Assembly (NCBI GenBank): GCA_035221665.1
Contig: CM069142.1
Coordinates: 60,574,001-60,638,000 of the forward strand
Direction: 5' to 3'
From: Okamejei kenojei
Lineage: Eukaryota
DNA length: 64,000 nucleotides
Every line of letters starts with the position of its first letter. Within the stretch, counting starts at the first letter, position 1. The notes below the pieces were generated by a model. The model saw only the letters and a list, made by a program, of their open reading frames with translations, was not told the DNA's origin and ran no database searches. Shown here in pieces: positions 22,151 through 34,324 of this stretch. Made by a program: the position numbers and the translations under genes.

Positions 22151-22595
22151 TGGTAATTATCTCGAGTTCTTTTGACAAGTTCTGGAGCATCTGAATCATC
22201 CAGGTTTGATTATTTCACACACAGAGCAATGAACAAATGAAACACATTACCCACAAAGAAATGTATAGCGCAGGAAAGTTTATAACCTTGCCAAATTCAA
22301 GGTAAGTATTTAACAGAGGGATCAATTGAGAATTATTTTCCCAAGGACATCACAAGGCTTTTCCTCCCCCATGCCTTTACTTGTTATTATCATTCTTGGA
22401 ATTTGATTTCTTACGGTAAAGTCATATAATATAAATCACTCCAGCTCACTTGATTAGATAACCTTCAATGGCTCTGTTAGCACAGATAAAATCCGTCAAA
22501 TACTGACCCAAAGTATGGCATTGTCTGGTCTAAGACCCTCGAGTAACATGCCAAACCACTCTGCACATTTATGAATACAATTCAAAACAGATACA

Positions 22596-23359
22596 AAAGA
22601 ACCGCAGATAGACACAAAAAGCTGGAGTAACTCAGTAGGACAGGCAGCATCTCTGGAGAGGAGGAATGGGTGACGTTTCGGGCCGAGACCCTTCTTCTGA
22701 GTTCTTGACCTGAAATGTCACCCATTCCTTCTCTCCAGTGATGCTGCCTGTCCCGCTGAGTTACTCCAGCTGTTTGTGTCGATCTTTGGTTTAAACCAGC
22801 ATCCGCAGTTCCTTCTTATACAAAACAACCGCCTTCGCCTATGCGTTCTCCTGGTTGCTAAACATTTTAACTCGCCCTTCCCATTCTGTCCTGGGCCTCC
22901 TCCACTGTCAGTGTGAGGTCACACGCAAATTGGAAGAACGGCACCTTATATTTCGCTTGGGCAGGTTACAACCCAGCAGTATGAACTTTGCTTTCTCTCA
23001 TTTCAAGTAACTCCTCCCTTTCATTTCCTTTTCCCCTGACTAGTCTGAAGAAGGGTCTTGACCAGAAACGTCATCCATTCCTTCTCTCCGGAAATGTTGC
23101 CGGTCCACCTGTGTTACTCCAGCATTTTGTGTCCATCTTCGGTTTAAACCAGCAACTGCAGTTCCTTCCTACACATTCCCTCCCCCTCCCTCTCTTACCT
23201 CCACCACCCGAGTCGTTCTACGAGTTCTATAGTTCACATCCTTATATCTTCTCTTCCCCATCCAACAATGGGTCATTATGGACTCCACCCATCTCAAGGT
23301 CACCTGTTGCTGGCCCATGATTTGTTCTGGCCTTTTCTCGCCACCAGTTTTTCCTTCCA

Positions 23360-23391
<32 letters not shown>

Positions 23392-23505
23392 ACGCCACCT
23401 GTATCTTTCAGTCGGAAGTAGGAACTCGACTCGAGATGTCACCTATTCCTTTTCTCCAGAGATGCTGCCTGTCTGAGTTACTCCAGCATTTTGTGTCTAT
23501 CTTCA
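22596..23505. mobile_element. Cluster of Penelope-derived repeats (hairpin 22596-22818; GIY-YIG tail + pLTR 22860-23175; further pLTR to 23505)
   Basis: Repeated GCATCTCTGGAGAG..GACGTTTCGGG motifs in both orientations and RKLEERHLIFRLGRLQPS coding remnants. Confidence 0.75.
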
Positions 23506-23575
23506 AAATGAAATTAAAGCTGTACGTAAATAATGACGATTGCTGGTAAAGGATAAAGAGAATGTTGACACTGAC

Positions 23576-23695
23576 CGTAGCGTTTTCTTCGTTTTAGGCA
23601 GATAACAATCACAATGATGAGTATTATAAGCAGGATGGCCACAGCAATGGGCACCACAATGGCAATAATTAGCCAAGACTGATTCCCGTCAGCTG
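23576..23695 (-). CDS. IGSF5: IGSF5-like transmembrane exon (TADGNQSWLIIAIVVPIAVAILLIILIIVIVICLKRRKRY)
   Basis: ~25 hydrophobic residues followed by the stop-transfer KRRKR. ttcAG|CAG acceptor and G|GTCAGT donor; 120 nt, phase 1-1. Confidence 0.85.
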
Positions 23696-23811
23696 CTGAA
23701 GTCAAATATTTCAATGAATTAGTGAACAGTCGATAACCAGTGGCACAATCGTTCCTGATAATAGAACTTTTTTGAAGTTAATAGACAAAATAGTCCAAGT
23801 AGTCCAAGTAA

Positions 23812-24039
23812 GGCAGTATGGTGGCGCAGCGGTAGAGTTGCTGCCGTGCAGCACCGGACCCGGGTTCGATCAAGACCACGGGTGCTCCCTGTATGCATTT
23901 TGTTCGTTCTCACCATGACCACATGGGTTATTTCTGAGATCTTTGGTTTCCTCCTACACTCCAAATAGGTACAGGTTTGTAGGTTTGTGGCTTGGTATCA
24001 GTGTAAAATTGTCCCTAGTGTGTGTCGGATAGTGTTAGT
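23812..24039 (+). mobile_element. HE1-like SINE, 5' part (3' part resumes at 27860)
   Basis: The SINE sequence stops at GTGTTAGT and continues as TTAGTGTGTGGGGATCGCC..GGGCCTGTTTCC after the Gypsy insert. Confidence 0.85.
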
Positions 24040-24189
24040 TGTCACATCTTCACCTAAGATGTGGAATAATAATATTGACACTCTATTTACAGGTTACATT
24101 CCTTTGTCTCTGTGTTTATTATCTCCCCCGGCCATGGCCTCCTGCCTTGGCTTACACAGCGCACACACGACCTGTCCTCCAAGTTGCAG

Positions 24190-25133
24190 CATGCTGCCTC
24201 TGGAATTGTCACCACCTCAGAAATGCTGGTTGTCTCAGGAACACTGGTCACTGCCTCAGGGATGTCGTCTGGCCCCTCTGAATCGGTAGCTCTTGGTGGA
24301 TTTTGGGCCACCTCGCTTTGACTGTCTCTGGACATGTACTTTTTGCCACTCGATACATTTCTCTTGTAGATAACACCTTCTGGAGACTTGACTGTCACCA
24401 CACTGCCACTACCTCGATACAATATTGTATGGCTGGCAATAGTAAGGAGTGTCCACCTTAACGCCATCATCTCGTCTCACAAGCACGTCATCACCAGTTA
24501 TTATTTCAGAGTGCCTGGCTCCTCGTTTCAAGTCGGCATAACATTTTGCCGCACCTTTCTTTTCGGCATCACAGTCTCTCAGCTCCTGGTCTTCCGTGAT
24601 CTCTCGCACTTCTGGTGTTTTTGTGCAATTTCTCCTTCCAAACAAGGCTTCTGCTGGGTTTTTCCCTGTCGTGGAGTGAGTGATTGCCCGATATACAGTT
24701 ATGTATGCTACCAGTGTCTCCTTCCAGTTTTTCCCTTCAGCATGGGGGATTTGTATCCTCTTCTCTATGGACTGGTTTTGTCTCTTTACTTCTCTGTTAG
24801 CTTGTGGCCATTTAGGAGTCACCTTGTGACGATGGATGCCTGTGATTCTCATGTATTCAGCAAACATCTCAGAAACAAACTGTGACCCATTGTCGGGGTA
24901 CAATGTAACAGGCAACCCCTGTCTGGCGAAGATCTCTGCTAATGCCTGTACCGTCTTTTCTGCTGTAGTTGACTTCATCAAATGCATACTGGTAGAACCT
25001 ACTATAGTAGTCTACCACTACCATAATTGATTCACCAGTTGGAAGTGGTCCAAGAAAGTCAACAGCTACGTCAACCCTTGGTCCTGTTGTCAACTTTGTA
25101 CTTTTAATTGGTTCTGGTGGGTTGCTCCTGCTT
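24190..25133 (-). pseudogene. Gypsy integrase core + C-terminus (inverted segment)
   Basis: SRSNPPEPIKSTKL..GP..DVAVDFLGPLPTGESIMVVVDYYSRF; GLPVTLYPDNGSQF; WPQANREVKRQN; TTGKNPAEALFGR; VKSPEGVIYKRNVS. Confidence 0.88.
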
Positions 25134-27738
25134 AGTTAAACCTTAATGATGCTTTGTCGATTGCAGCGCACTGGAAGCTGTTGAGGGACAATTTCACAGC
25201 ATGAAATTGAAAGATTCCAAGACTGGGCAAGTTAACTGGCTGAGGTTGAGTATTACAGGTGTGGCCACAAGCGTCACATAGGGAAAGATGCATGTTGTCC
25301 AGCAAAAGGTAGAACATGTAGGAAATGTGGAAATAAAGATCATTTTGCAAAGACATGTAAAAGTAAAGGCCAGGGACAAGACAAGTGATTACAACAAGAA
25401 AGGGAAGTCCAGTGGAAAGAAAGACAGACCTTGGCAGAAAAAATAAGGTCACATCCTTTACGTAGAAGGTGATTTTGGAAGTGATGAAAGACAGTGATGA
25501 AGCAGGTGAGCTTGCTGTTAAAATGAATTATCAGTTTGCATTGAATGAGAGCCATCACGAGAAAGTTACAGTGACCATCGGAAGTGTTACAGTGCCAGTA
25601 ATTGTAGATTCAGGTAGCGACAGCAACGTAATTGACAGATCACTTTGGGAATGCATGAAACAGCAGAAAATCAAGTGCACGTCAAGGAGGTGTAGCAGGA
25701 AGTTATATCCATACACCGCAACTAAACCATTGTAGACCATTGGATGTTTCACGGTTAAAGTAGAGGTCGGAGATAGAAAAACTGAAGCAGAAATCGTGGT
25801 GATAGAGGAGAAAGGGGAACTTCTGCCGAGTAGAAATACAGCTCGAGAGCTGGGATTGCTTCACATCGGAGTGCAGGTCAATTCAGTGCAGTCATATGGT
25901 GACATGAGGCAAGAATTTCACTCAGTATTCCAATGGGTTGGAAAATTGAAAGGCCGGCAAGTGAAGTTTGCCATTGATGAAAATGTCAAACCGATAGCTC
26001 AACCGGTGCGGAATACGCCATTTGGACTTTGTGGAAAAGTAGAAGCTAAAATCAAGGAGTTAATTGATCAGAACATTATTGAGCCAGTTGAATGTTCGAC
26101 ACCATGGTTGAGTCCAGTAGTGATTGTGCCGAAACCCAATGATGACATAAGACTGTGCGTTGACATGAGGAGAGCAATGAGGTAATAATCAGAGAAAGAC
26201 ACCCAATTCCTATGGTCGATGAGGTGCTACAAGAGTTATCAACCAGTAAAGTGGTCTCCAAAATTGATCTCAAGTGGGGATATCATCAATTGGAATTACA
26301 TCCAGTCAAGAGAGGTGACAACATTCGTCACTCACTGTGGATTGTACCGGTACAAAGGACTGATGTTCGGAATCAATGCTACTCCCCAGATCTATCAGTA
26401 CGAAATCCACAGAGTCAGTGACTCCAACTCTCCCGCTTTCGGCGGGAGATCGCCCGCTGAAAGGCCATTTTAGCAAAATCTCCCGCTCTCCCGCTTGAGA
26501 TATAATTTCTCCCGCCCGGGCGGGAGAAATTAAATCTCAAGCGGGAGAGCGGGAGATTTTGCGAAAATGGCCTTTCAGCGGGCGATCTCCCGCCGAAAGC
26601 GGGAGAGTTGGAGTCACTGCAGAGTGATTCAAGGTGTACCAGGAGCAGCAAACATATCAGATGACATCATCGTCCATGCATCAATTCGTGAAGAGCATGA
26701 CAGGAGGTTGAAGCTCGTGCTGACTTAACTTCAAGAAGCAGGACTCACCGTGAATGAAGAAAAGTACAAGTTTGGCGCCTCTGAGATGGATTTCATGGGA
26801 CACAGACTCACAAGTGAAGGGCTGAACCCGGCCAAGGCTAAAGTGAAAACTGTTGCAGATGTACGTGAACCTCAGAATGCAACCGAGATGAGGAGCTTTC
26901 CAGGACTGGTCAATTACTGTGCAACATGTATACCAAATTTTGCTACACTGGCAGATCCGCTGAGAAAGTTGACCAGGAAAGACGTACCGTTCTAGTTTGG
27001 TAGTGAACAGGGACAGGCATTCAAATCACTGAAACAGAGTGCAGAAACCCTTAGATATTATGATCCAGCTGCACCAACAAAAGTCATAGCACATGCTAGT
27101 CCGGTCGGCTTGGAAGCAGTGCTGGTACAGACACATGCAGATGGACCGAGAATCATAGCATATGAAAGTCAATCTTTAACCAGATCACAAGCCGCTGGAA
27201 GAGATCTATTCGACGAGGTCTAAGCCATGTGCCAGAATAGAACATTGGGTGCTGAGACTCCAACAGTACAATTACAAAGTAGTCCACATTGCTGGGAAAG
27301 CAAACACCGCGGACCCGCTGTCGAGATGTTGAACGATGAACAGCTGGGAGCAACATCCACGCTAGACATGGAAGCAGAGAACTTTGTGCACTTCGTCGCA
27401 ATTCGGTCAACGCCAAGATCCATGACAATGAAGGAAGTTGAAAGGGAATCAGAACATGATCCTGAACTCAAAGATATCAGAGAGCGTATACACAGTGGGC
27501 AATGGGATCAATGCCCTTACAAAGCATATGTTCCCATAAAAGATGAATTTTCTGTAATTGGTCAGTGTGTGCTGAGAGGTAGCAGATTGATGATCCCACA
27601 GGCATTACGACCAAGGATCGTGTCATTGGCTCATGAAGGACATTTAGGCATCGTCTGTACCAAACTGAATTTACGAAGCAAAGTGTGGAGGCCAGGTTGT
27701 GAGAAAGTTGCCGAAAAATTTGTCAAGACCTGTCACAG
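25134..27738 (+). pseudogene. Gypsy gag C-terminus / protease / RT / RNase H / integrase zinc finger, with stops and frameshifts
   Basis: Zinc-knuckle remnants ~25240-25365; VIVDSGSDSNVI; SPVVIVPKPNDDIRLCVDMR; KIDLKWGYHQ; ISDDIIV; AHASPVGL; LAHEGHLGIV..KTCH. Confidence 0.9.
26416..26619. mobile_element. 204-bp near-perfect palindromic MITE with 6-bp TSD (hAT-like), inserted in the Gypsy RT
   Basis: 102-bp arms, no spacer, 2 mismatches; TSD CAGAGT at 26410-26415 and 26620-26625; repeated CTCCCGC motifs. Confidence 0.9.
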
Positions 27739-27785
27739 GTGCGCTGTGTAAGCCAAGGCAGGAGGCCATGGCCGGGGGAGATAAT

Positions 27786-28067
27786 AAACATAGAGACGAA
27801 TGTAACCTGTAAATATTGTGTCAGTATTATTATTCCAGATCTTAGACGAAGATGTGACATTAGTGTGTGGGGATCGCCAGTCGGTGCAGACTCTGTGGGC
27901 CGAAGGGCCTGTTTCCGCGCTGTATCTCTAAACATAGAGACGAATGTAACCTGTAAATATTGTGTCAGTATTATTATTCCACATCTTAGGCGAAGATGTG
28001 ACATTAGTGTGTGGGGATCGCCAGTCGGTGGGCTGAAGGGCCTGTTTCCGCGCTGTATCTCTAAACT
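27786..28067 (+). repeat. ~144-bp local tandem duplication (LTR end + SINE tail)
   Basis: TAAACATAGAGACGAATG...GATGTGACATTAGTGTGTGGGG...CTCTAAAC occurs twice, with TAAAC microhomology at the junction. Confidence 0.85.
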
Positions 28068-28921
28068 AATAAAAAAACTAACTACAAGGGTACAACAGGC
28101 AAGCTATGAGAATGAAATACATGATTTAATTCTCCCCCTATCTTACCCGAACTTGGATTTCAATCACAGACTCTGGGTTTTCATTTCTGGGCATTTTTAT
28201 CCTGATGTTCGGGAGGTTGACTGGCATTGAGTTTGCAATTAGAGGCTCCAAACTGTTGTCGCCCAATGTCTACATGCACAGTCTTGATATCGGTCGATAA
28301 TCAGGCTCCCTCTAAGGAGATTCAGATCAATTCTTGTTGCTTCATCACACATCTGACATACCATCAAACAGAATCCAAGATCATCTTGGTCTGGCTGCAC
28401 CTATCCACTGAGCTACTGGAATAATTTATATTATGCATTTATTAAGAAATTATCCAGGTTAGTGCCGACTAATAATAAAAAAACTAAACTTTCCTAAACG
28501 TTAATAGTAATGTCAATATGCTTTGAAATGCTCTCAGATCAAGGCATTCTATGTCCATTTATAACAATAATAATAATAACATAATAAATCTTTTCTTTCC
28601 TGGATATTACAGGCTTGATATGTCTTCAGTAAAATATTCTGCAATAACTGTAGTTTGACATGATCATAATGTAAGAAGATTTGTCTGTTAAAGCAAACTA
28701 TAACATTAGAAATATTTTATAAAAGTCATACATCACCAATTAATGTATTCTACTCTCATACATGTTGATAGATTTTGACAGGGTTATATTGGGCAAATTA
28801 CTAGTATCTTAGTTTAGTTATAGTGAGATATAACACCGATTCCATGCCGACCAGCGATCCCCGCATGCTTACACTATCCTTCACACACAGGAGACAATTT
28901 ACGATTAAACCAAGCCAATTA

Positions 28922-29238
28922 TGGTGCTGTCCCACTGTACGAGCTAATGCAAGAGTTCTCCCGAGTTTCCCCTGATTCGAACTTGGGGAATTACGGTAAT
29001 AGCCGCTCGTAGGTACTCGGGGCTCTCGTGGACATTTTTTAACATGCTGAAAAATCTTCACGAGTCTTCACGAGCTTACCGCGTTTCCCGAGTACCTGCC
29101 GTTAGCGTTACGAGCCGTTAAGAGACGTCCCGAGCTCCGACATACCCGCAACGTACACTCTACGTGCTTACCATGAGTTCGATTTCTTTTTAAACTCGGG
29201 AGAGCTCTTGAATTAGCTCGTACAGTGGGACAGCCCCT
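28922..29238. mobile_element. PIF/Harbinger-like MITE inside an HE1-like SINE (duplicate at 44923-45241)
   Basis: TIRs (T)GGTGCTGTCCCACTGTACGAGCTAAT / ATTAGCTCGTACAGTGGGACAGCCCCT; TTA TSD. Confidence 0.85.
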
Positions 29239-31044
29239 TTAGCATATAAGCCTGTCTGTCTTTGGAATGTGGGAAGAAACCGGTGATCCCAGAGAAAATC
29301 CACGTAGATCACATCACAAACTCCGTACAGACAGCACCCGCAGTTAAGATCGAACCCGAGTCGCAGGCGCTGTAAGGCTGCAACTCTACTGCTGCACCAC
29401 CATACCGTGTCATTATCAATGTGGAGGCCACTACTGTTAATTTATCACAGACATATTTTTCATATTCCAACAGACATTGATTAGTTTTGACGTTTGTCCA
29501 TAACTCACCCCCTTTTTAAGGGAATACAATTTATTCGAGAATTAGCAAATTGTTGTTAAACACTATCAATTGATTTTAGATTTGGGAAAAGACGAACAAA
29601 CTATAAGACTGCGAAACTCGAGTACATCGACAGAGTAAGCCGACAAAAATTGTATTGATTACCTCATACCATTGTAAGGGAGAGAGGGCTGATTGATTGA
29701 TAACTTTAATGGGGAACATTTCATTACTGATAAACAAAATACTTCTGCCATAACACCAGCGCTTAACAACAAAAAAAACCAAGCCCAATGCCAAAGTAGT
29801 ATCTAAACTGCCTACGTAGACTTATACAATGGGACAATAACTAACTCCGTATTCCATAGTAAGCTATCTACATGTTAATAAGCATACACAAATTAAGCAT
29901 GCAGATATATATTCAGTAAAGAGGCGATTGAGTGTTTTAGATGTCTTCTTGATTTTGGAGAAGGCCAATTGACTCACCTGACCTTTTCCAGAACCTCATT
30001 TAGCTCTAGTGGTTCCTTGATACACACCTCTAAAAATTGTATCAATTAAAATAGTTACAGAATTCTTTGAAGTATGAATATTAAAAATCAGGGTGAAAAT
30101 CATTAATGGTCACCAATTAGTGTTTTAGAATTGTGTATTTAAGAAATATGGTTCTATTGTCCTCATTATGAGGTGGAGCTTACTTCAAATAGACAATCCA
30201 TTATAAATCAATCCAAAGTCTGAAATAGGTTTCTACACTTGTCTGTAGAAACAGGCAGATGCTAGTTCAAAGAAGGGTCCTGACCCGATACGTCGCCTAT
30301 CCATGTTCTCCAGAGATGCTGCCTGACCCACTGAGACACTTTAGCATGTGTGTCTTTCCTTATGCAATTGTCTCCTTTGTAAACAAGGTCACAGTTTAAT
30401 ACTGTGGACGTCTGTACCTTCTGAGAACTATTCTTCATTTGTTAACTCAGAGGGAAAATGGTGTCAGGAGACTTGGATAAACATGGACCTAATTCTGCCG
30501 TTAGTTTCGTTTAGAGATACAGCACGGAAACAGGCCCTTCGGCCCACCATGTCCGCGCAGACCAGTGATCCCCGTACTCTAGCACTCTGCTACACACAAT
30601 TTACAATTTTTCCCAAATCCAATTAACCAACAAAGCTGTCCATCTTTGGAGTGTGGGAGGAAATTGGAGCACCTGGGGAAAACGTACAAACTCCATTTAG
30701 ACAGCACCCGACGTCAGGTTCGAACCCGGGTCTCTGGCATTGTAAAGCAGCAACTCTACTACTGCGCCACCGGTCACCCTATTGTTGTTAGTTATTGCAT
30801 CCCCCCCCCCCATGTAAACATTTCAGCAAAATTAATATTCTTCATTTCCCTGGTCCAAGGACACCACAGCCCACAAACGAGTCTACTACAATAATTGAGA
30901 CATCCCAACTCAGTATTACTCCCAACATGACATCTATCTGTATCCTTCTCACGGACTGCATTTGATATAAATTGTGACCCATCAGTAAATCGTGGCATTA
31001 AATAAACCCTGCTTCACTCCAGTACACAAGGCATTTATACTTAC

Positions 31045-31344
31045 TCGGCTTCACCGTGATGAATAGTGCAGTCGTTTTCGGCTGAGGAAGAGCTTTAATG
31101 TTGGCCAGACACATAATCTCAGCGCTGACACTAAGGGAAAGGGTTAAAGTGCTGAAGGTATTGTAGAGATTATCTGAAGACCGATGGACAATGGTGGAGT
31201 ACATTTTTGAATCCATGTTTGTGTTGGTTTTTTTCCATAGGATAGCTGGTGCAGGATTCCAACCTTCTGCCTTACAGACAATGGTGAAGACACGGTGTTG
31301 CTCAACAGATGGAATCTCCTTCGCAAAAGACAGCTGGCCATCAA
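31045..31344 (-). CDS. IGSF5: IGSF5-like second Ig (C-type) exon, copy A, intact
   Basis: cccacAG acceptor and A|GTAAGT donor; 300 nt, phase 1-1. Reads VDGQLSFAKE..IVCKAEGWNPAPAILW..STLTLS..IMCLANIKALPQPKTTALFITVKP, with the Ig Cys pair and Trp. Confidence 0.85.
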
Positions 31345-34324
31345 CTGTGGGAGAATAAGAACAGACATTTTGTTTTGTGCACTGTCTTAACAGTGATGAA
31401 CATGTCCTTTAAGCTAATAAATGCCCATGAATTGAAACAACTCTTAAAATGTCTTATTTTTCTTTACTTTAGACTATGGAGATGTAGTACGGAAACAGGC
31501 CCTTCGTCCATCAAGTCTGCGCCGATCAGCGATCACCCCGTACACTAGCACAATCCTACAATTTATAATTTAACCTAAGCCGATTAACCTACAACTTTCA
31601 CGTCTTTGAAATGTGGGGGGGGGAACTGGAGCACCCGGAGAAGACCCAGGAAGAAACATAAAAATTCTGTACAGACAGCACCCGTAGTCAGGATCGAACC
31701 CGACTCTCTTGCGCTGTAAGGCAGCAACTCTATTTTCCCTTGTTATATAACTGAGTTATGGTGGAACAGTGGTGCAAATGGTAGAGTTACTGCCTCGCAT
31801 CGCCAGATACCCGGGTTCGATCCTGACCTCGGGTACTGTCTGTATGGAGTTTGCATGTTCTCCCTGTGACCACATAGGTTTTCTCCGGGTCCTCCGCATA
31901 CATCCCACATCTCAAAGAAATGTGTGTCGGCAGGTTAATTAGCCTCTTTAAATTGCCCTAGTGTATAGGTGTGCAGAAATAGTATGTGAACGATGATCGA
32001 TGGTCAGCATGGACTTGATGGGTGAAGGGCCTGTTTCCATGCTCTATCTCTATAAAAAATTCCTATTCCCCTCCTTACGCATGTGAGATTCTGACATTTT
32101 ATTCTCTTTGATTGCCCTTCCTCCTAATTGCCTTATGAAAACTTGAACCACTTCAAGCACTCCATAGTGCTTGGATATAACTGAGTGACGAGCTGGGTGT
32201 CTTCACATGGTGGTTTAGAGTCAATTGCCTTATTGTGGGCATGGAGTCATACCCAGTGTCACGCAGTGCCCAGTGCCCAGACACCAGTGCCCAGTGTCAC
32301 GTAGCATTAAAGATTTCTCTCCTTAAACAGACGGAAGGATTGTTAGCATCCAACGCTTTTATAGACACATTTCCAAATTCTTATTTCTAGATATTTAAGA
32401 ATGCAATGCCAATTCTTAAACTGCCTTGGGAACTGACGCATATCGACAATGAGTTGGTGAATGGGGCATTAAGACTGCCAGGCTGAACACTGGAGATTAC
32501 AAGGAGCATCAAGGTGCTAAGCTCTATGTTCTTGCAGGAGGTTCTACAGCAATGTGAGACCATGGTCTCCATTCTGAAGGTCATGTGTATTTTTTTGTAA
32601 GGGCTCCGCACCAATCCCATCACACAGCACCTACTGGTACAGGCAATGGGCAGAGGTGGCCCATATACAGGCCACAGAAGACCTTTCTTTTGTCCATCAG
32701 ATCTCACTAGCTGGGGGTCAGCATTGGTTGGGATGGATTAGTGGGGCTGAAGGGCCTGTTTCCGTGCTGAATAACTCCATGACTCTATGCAAGCAAGAAG
32801 CTCGAAAGGACGACAGCGGAGCTATCAAGGAGCCGCTTGCCGTCTGTCTGAGTGGAGAGGTAGCAATCGTGTGCAAACCATTCCTCTGGATCAATTGCTG
32901 CTCTGATTGATCTCAGGCGTGCAGCCATGAGGAGCTCATGGTCCCAGAGGGGCAAGGTGATGCTGCTCGTCTAGTAACAGGATGCTACTGATGTATTGGA
33001 AGACATGGCATGTCGAGAGATTACCATCCACGAGCGAAATGCTCTGGCACAGAAGCATTGTGGCTCCTTTTTGCCCTCCTATTAAATACATGAGGTGTAT
33101 ATAGGGTAGGCATTCTTTCCCATGATAGCGGGTGTAAAAAAAAACAGGATGGCACAGGTTTAAGATGAGAGGAAAGAGATTTGAAAGGATTTGACGAGGA
33201 AGTGTTTTAAACTGAGAGTGATTGGCATGCTGGTGGAGCTGGTGTGATGCATTCACTACAATTAAGAGGCACCTAGAAAGGCACAGAACATAGAACATAG
33301 AAATGTACAGGAACAGGCCCATCAACCCAAAGTGTCCAAGGCAAATATGATGTCAAGTTAAACTAATCTGCTCTACCTGCATGTGATCCATATCCTTCCA
33401 TTCACCGCATACCCATGTGCCTGTCTGTAAGCCTATTGGCGATTCGGCCTCCACCGCTGCCCCTGTCACCCACCACTCTCTGTGTAAAAAAACCTTCCCT
33501 GCACATCTTCTGTAAACTTTGCACCTCTCATCTTAAAGCCTTGCCTCTGGTCTTGGACATTCCCACCTAGGAACAAGGTTCTGACTATTAACCTCCCTGT
33601 CACATGAACCAATCACTGACTATTAACCAATCTATACCCTATCTAAACCTGTTTAAATATATTTTAAACATTGTAATTGTACCAGTCATCTTGTTCCACA
33701 TCTCACCAGGGTATGTACGCTGCCCTTCGGATCCCCTTTAAATCTTTCCCTTTTCACCTTAAATGTCCTCTAATTTCCAACTCTCTTAACCTGCAAAATG
33801 GGCAGTGACCATCCACCTTGTGGAGGTATGCAAATGTTCCTCATGACTTTACATACTTCCATAAGGTCTCCTACACTCAGTCTCCCACACTTCAGGCAGA
33901 AGATGTCCAGACTATCGGGACTCTCCTTATAATTAAGCCACAGTACTCCAAGTGTGGTCTCACCAATGGCTTGTACAAATGTAATCAGGAATATCCCAAT
34001 TCCTATACTCAATGCCTCCGGGAGGTCTCATCAATGACCACACTACAACTTCCAATAAGCCCTGAACTACATAGACTATTATTGTTACTATTGATCTATT
34101 ATTTTTTGGGGTTTTTTTATGTCCACGTATGTGTGCGTTTGTGTGTGTGTATACATATGATTATATGTGTATGTATGTATGGGTATATATGTGTACGTTA
34201 CACTTTCTGCACCACCCTGTCATAAGGTCACAAGGTCATAAGCGATAGGAGTAGAATTAGGCCATTTGGACCATCAAGTTTACTTTGCCATTCAATCATG
34301 GCTGATCTATCTTTCCCTTCTACC

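Larger units (their letters stand above)
24040..27859. mobile_element. Rearranged Gypsy LTR retrotransposon with inverted LTR-derived termini and 5-bp TSD
   Basis: TGTCACA... at 24040 and ...TGTGACA at 27859; ~120-bp inverted repeats (24040-24164 / 27739-27859) containing AATAAA; TSD TTAGT at 24035-24039 and 27860-27864. Confidence 0.88.

Noticed and set aside
23360-23388. Long poly-C/poly-G runs (also ~13554-13572, ~34697-34718) as G-quadruplex elements
   Set aside because: They are homopolymers inside repeats, lengths are unreliable, and there is no evidence of function.
29977-30030. Possible extra stalk exon on the minus strand (tttttAG...AG|GTGAGT)
   Set aside because: It would end in phase 2, incompatible with the phase-1 TM exon, and the C and TM exons already join in frame.
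32252-32302. Short CCCAGTG repeats resembling an array
   Set aside because: An irregular local slippage duplication with no spacer structure; not CRISPR-like, and the context is eukaryotic.
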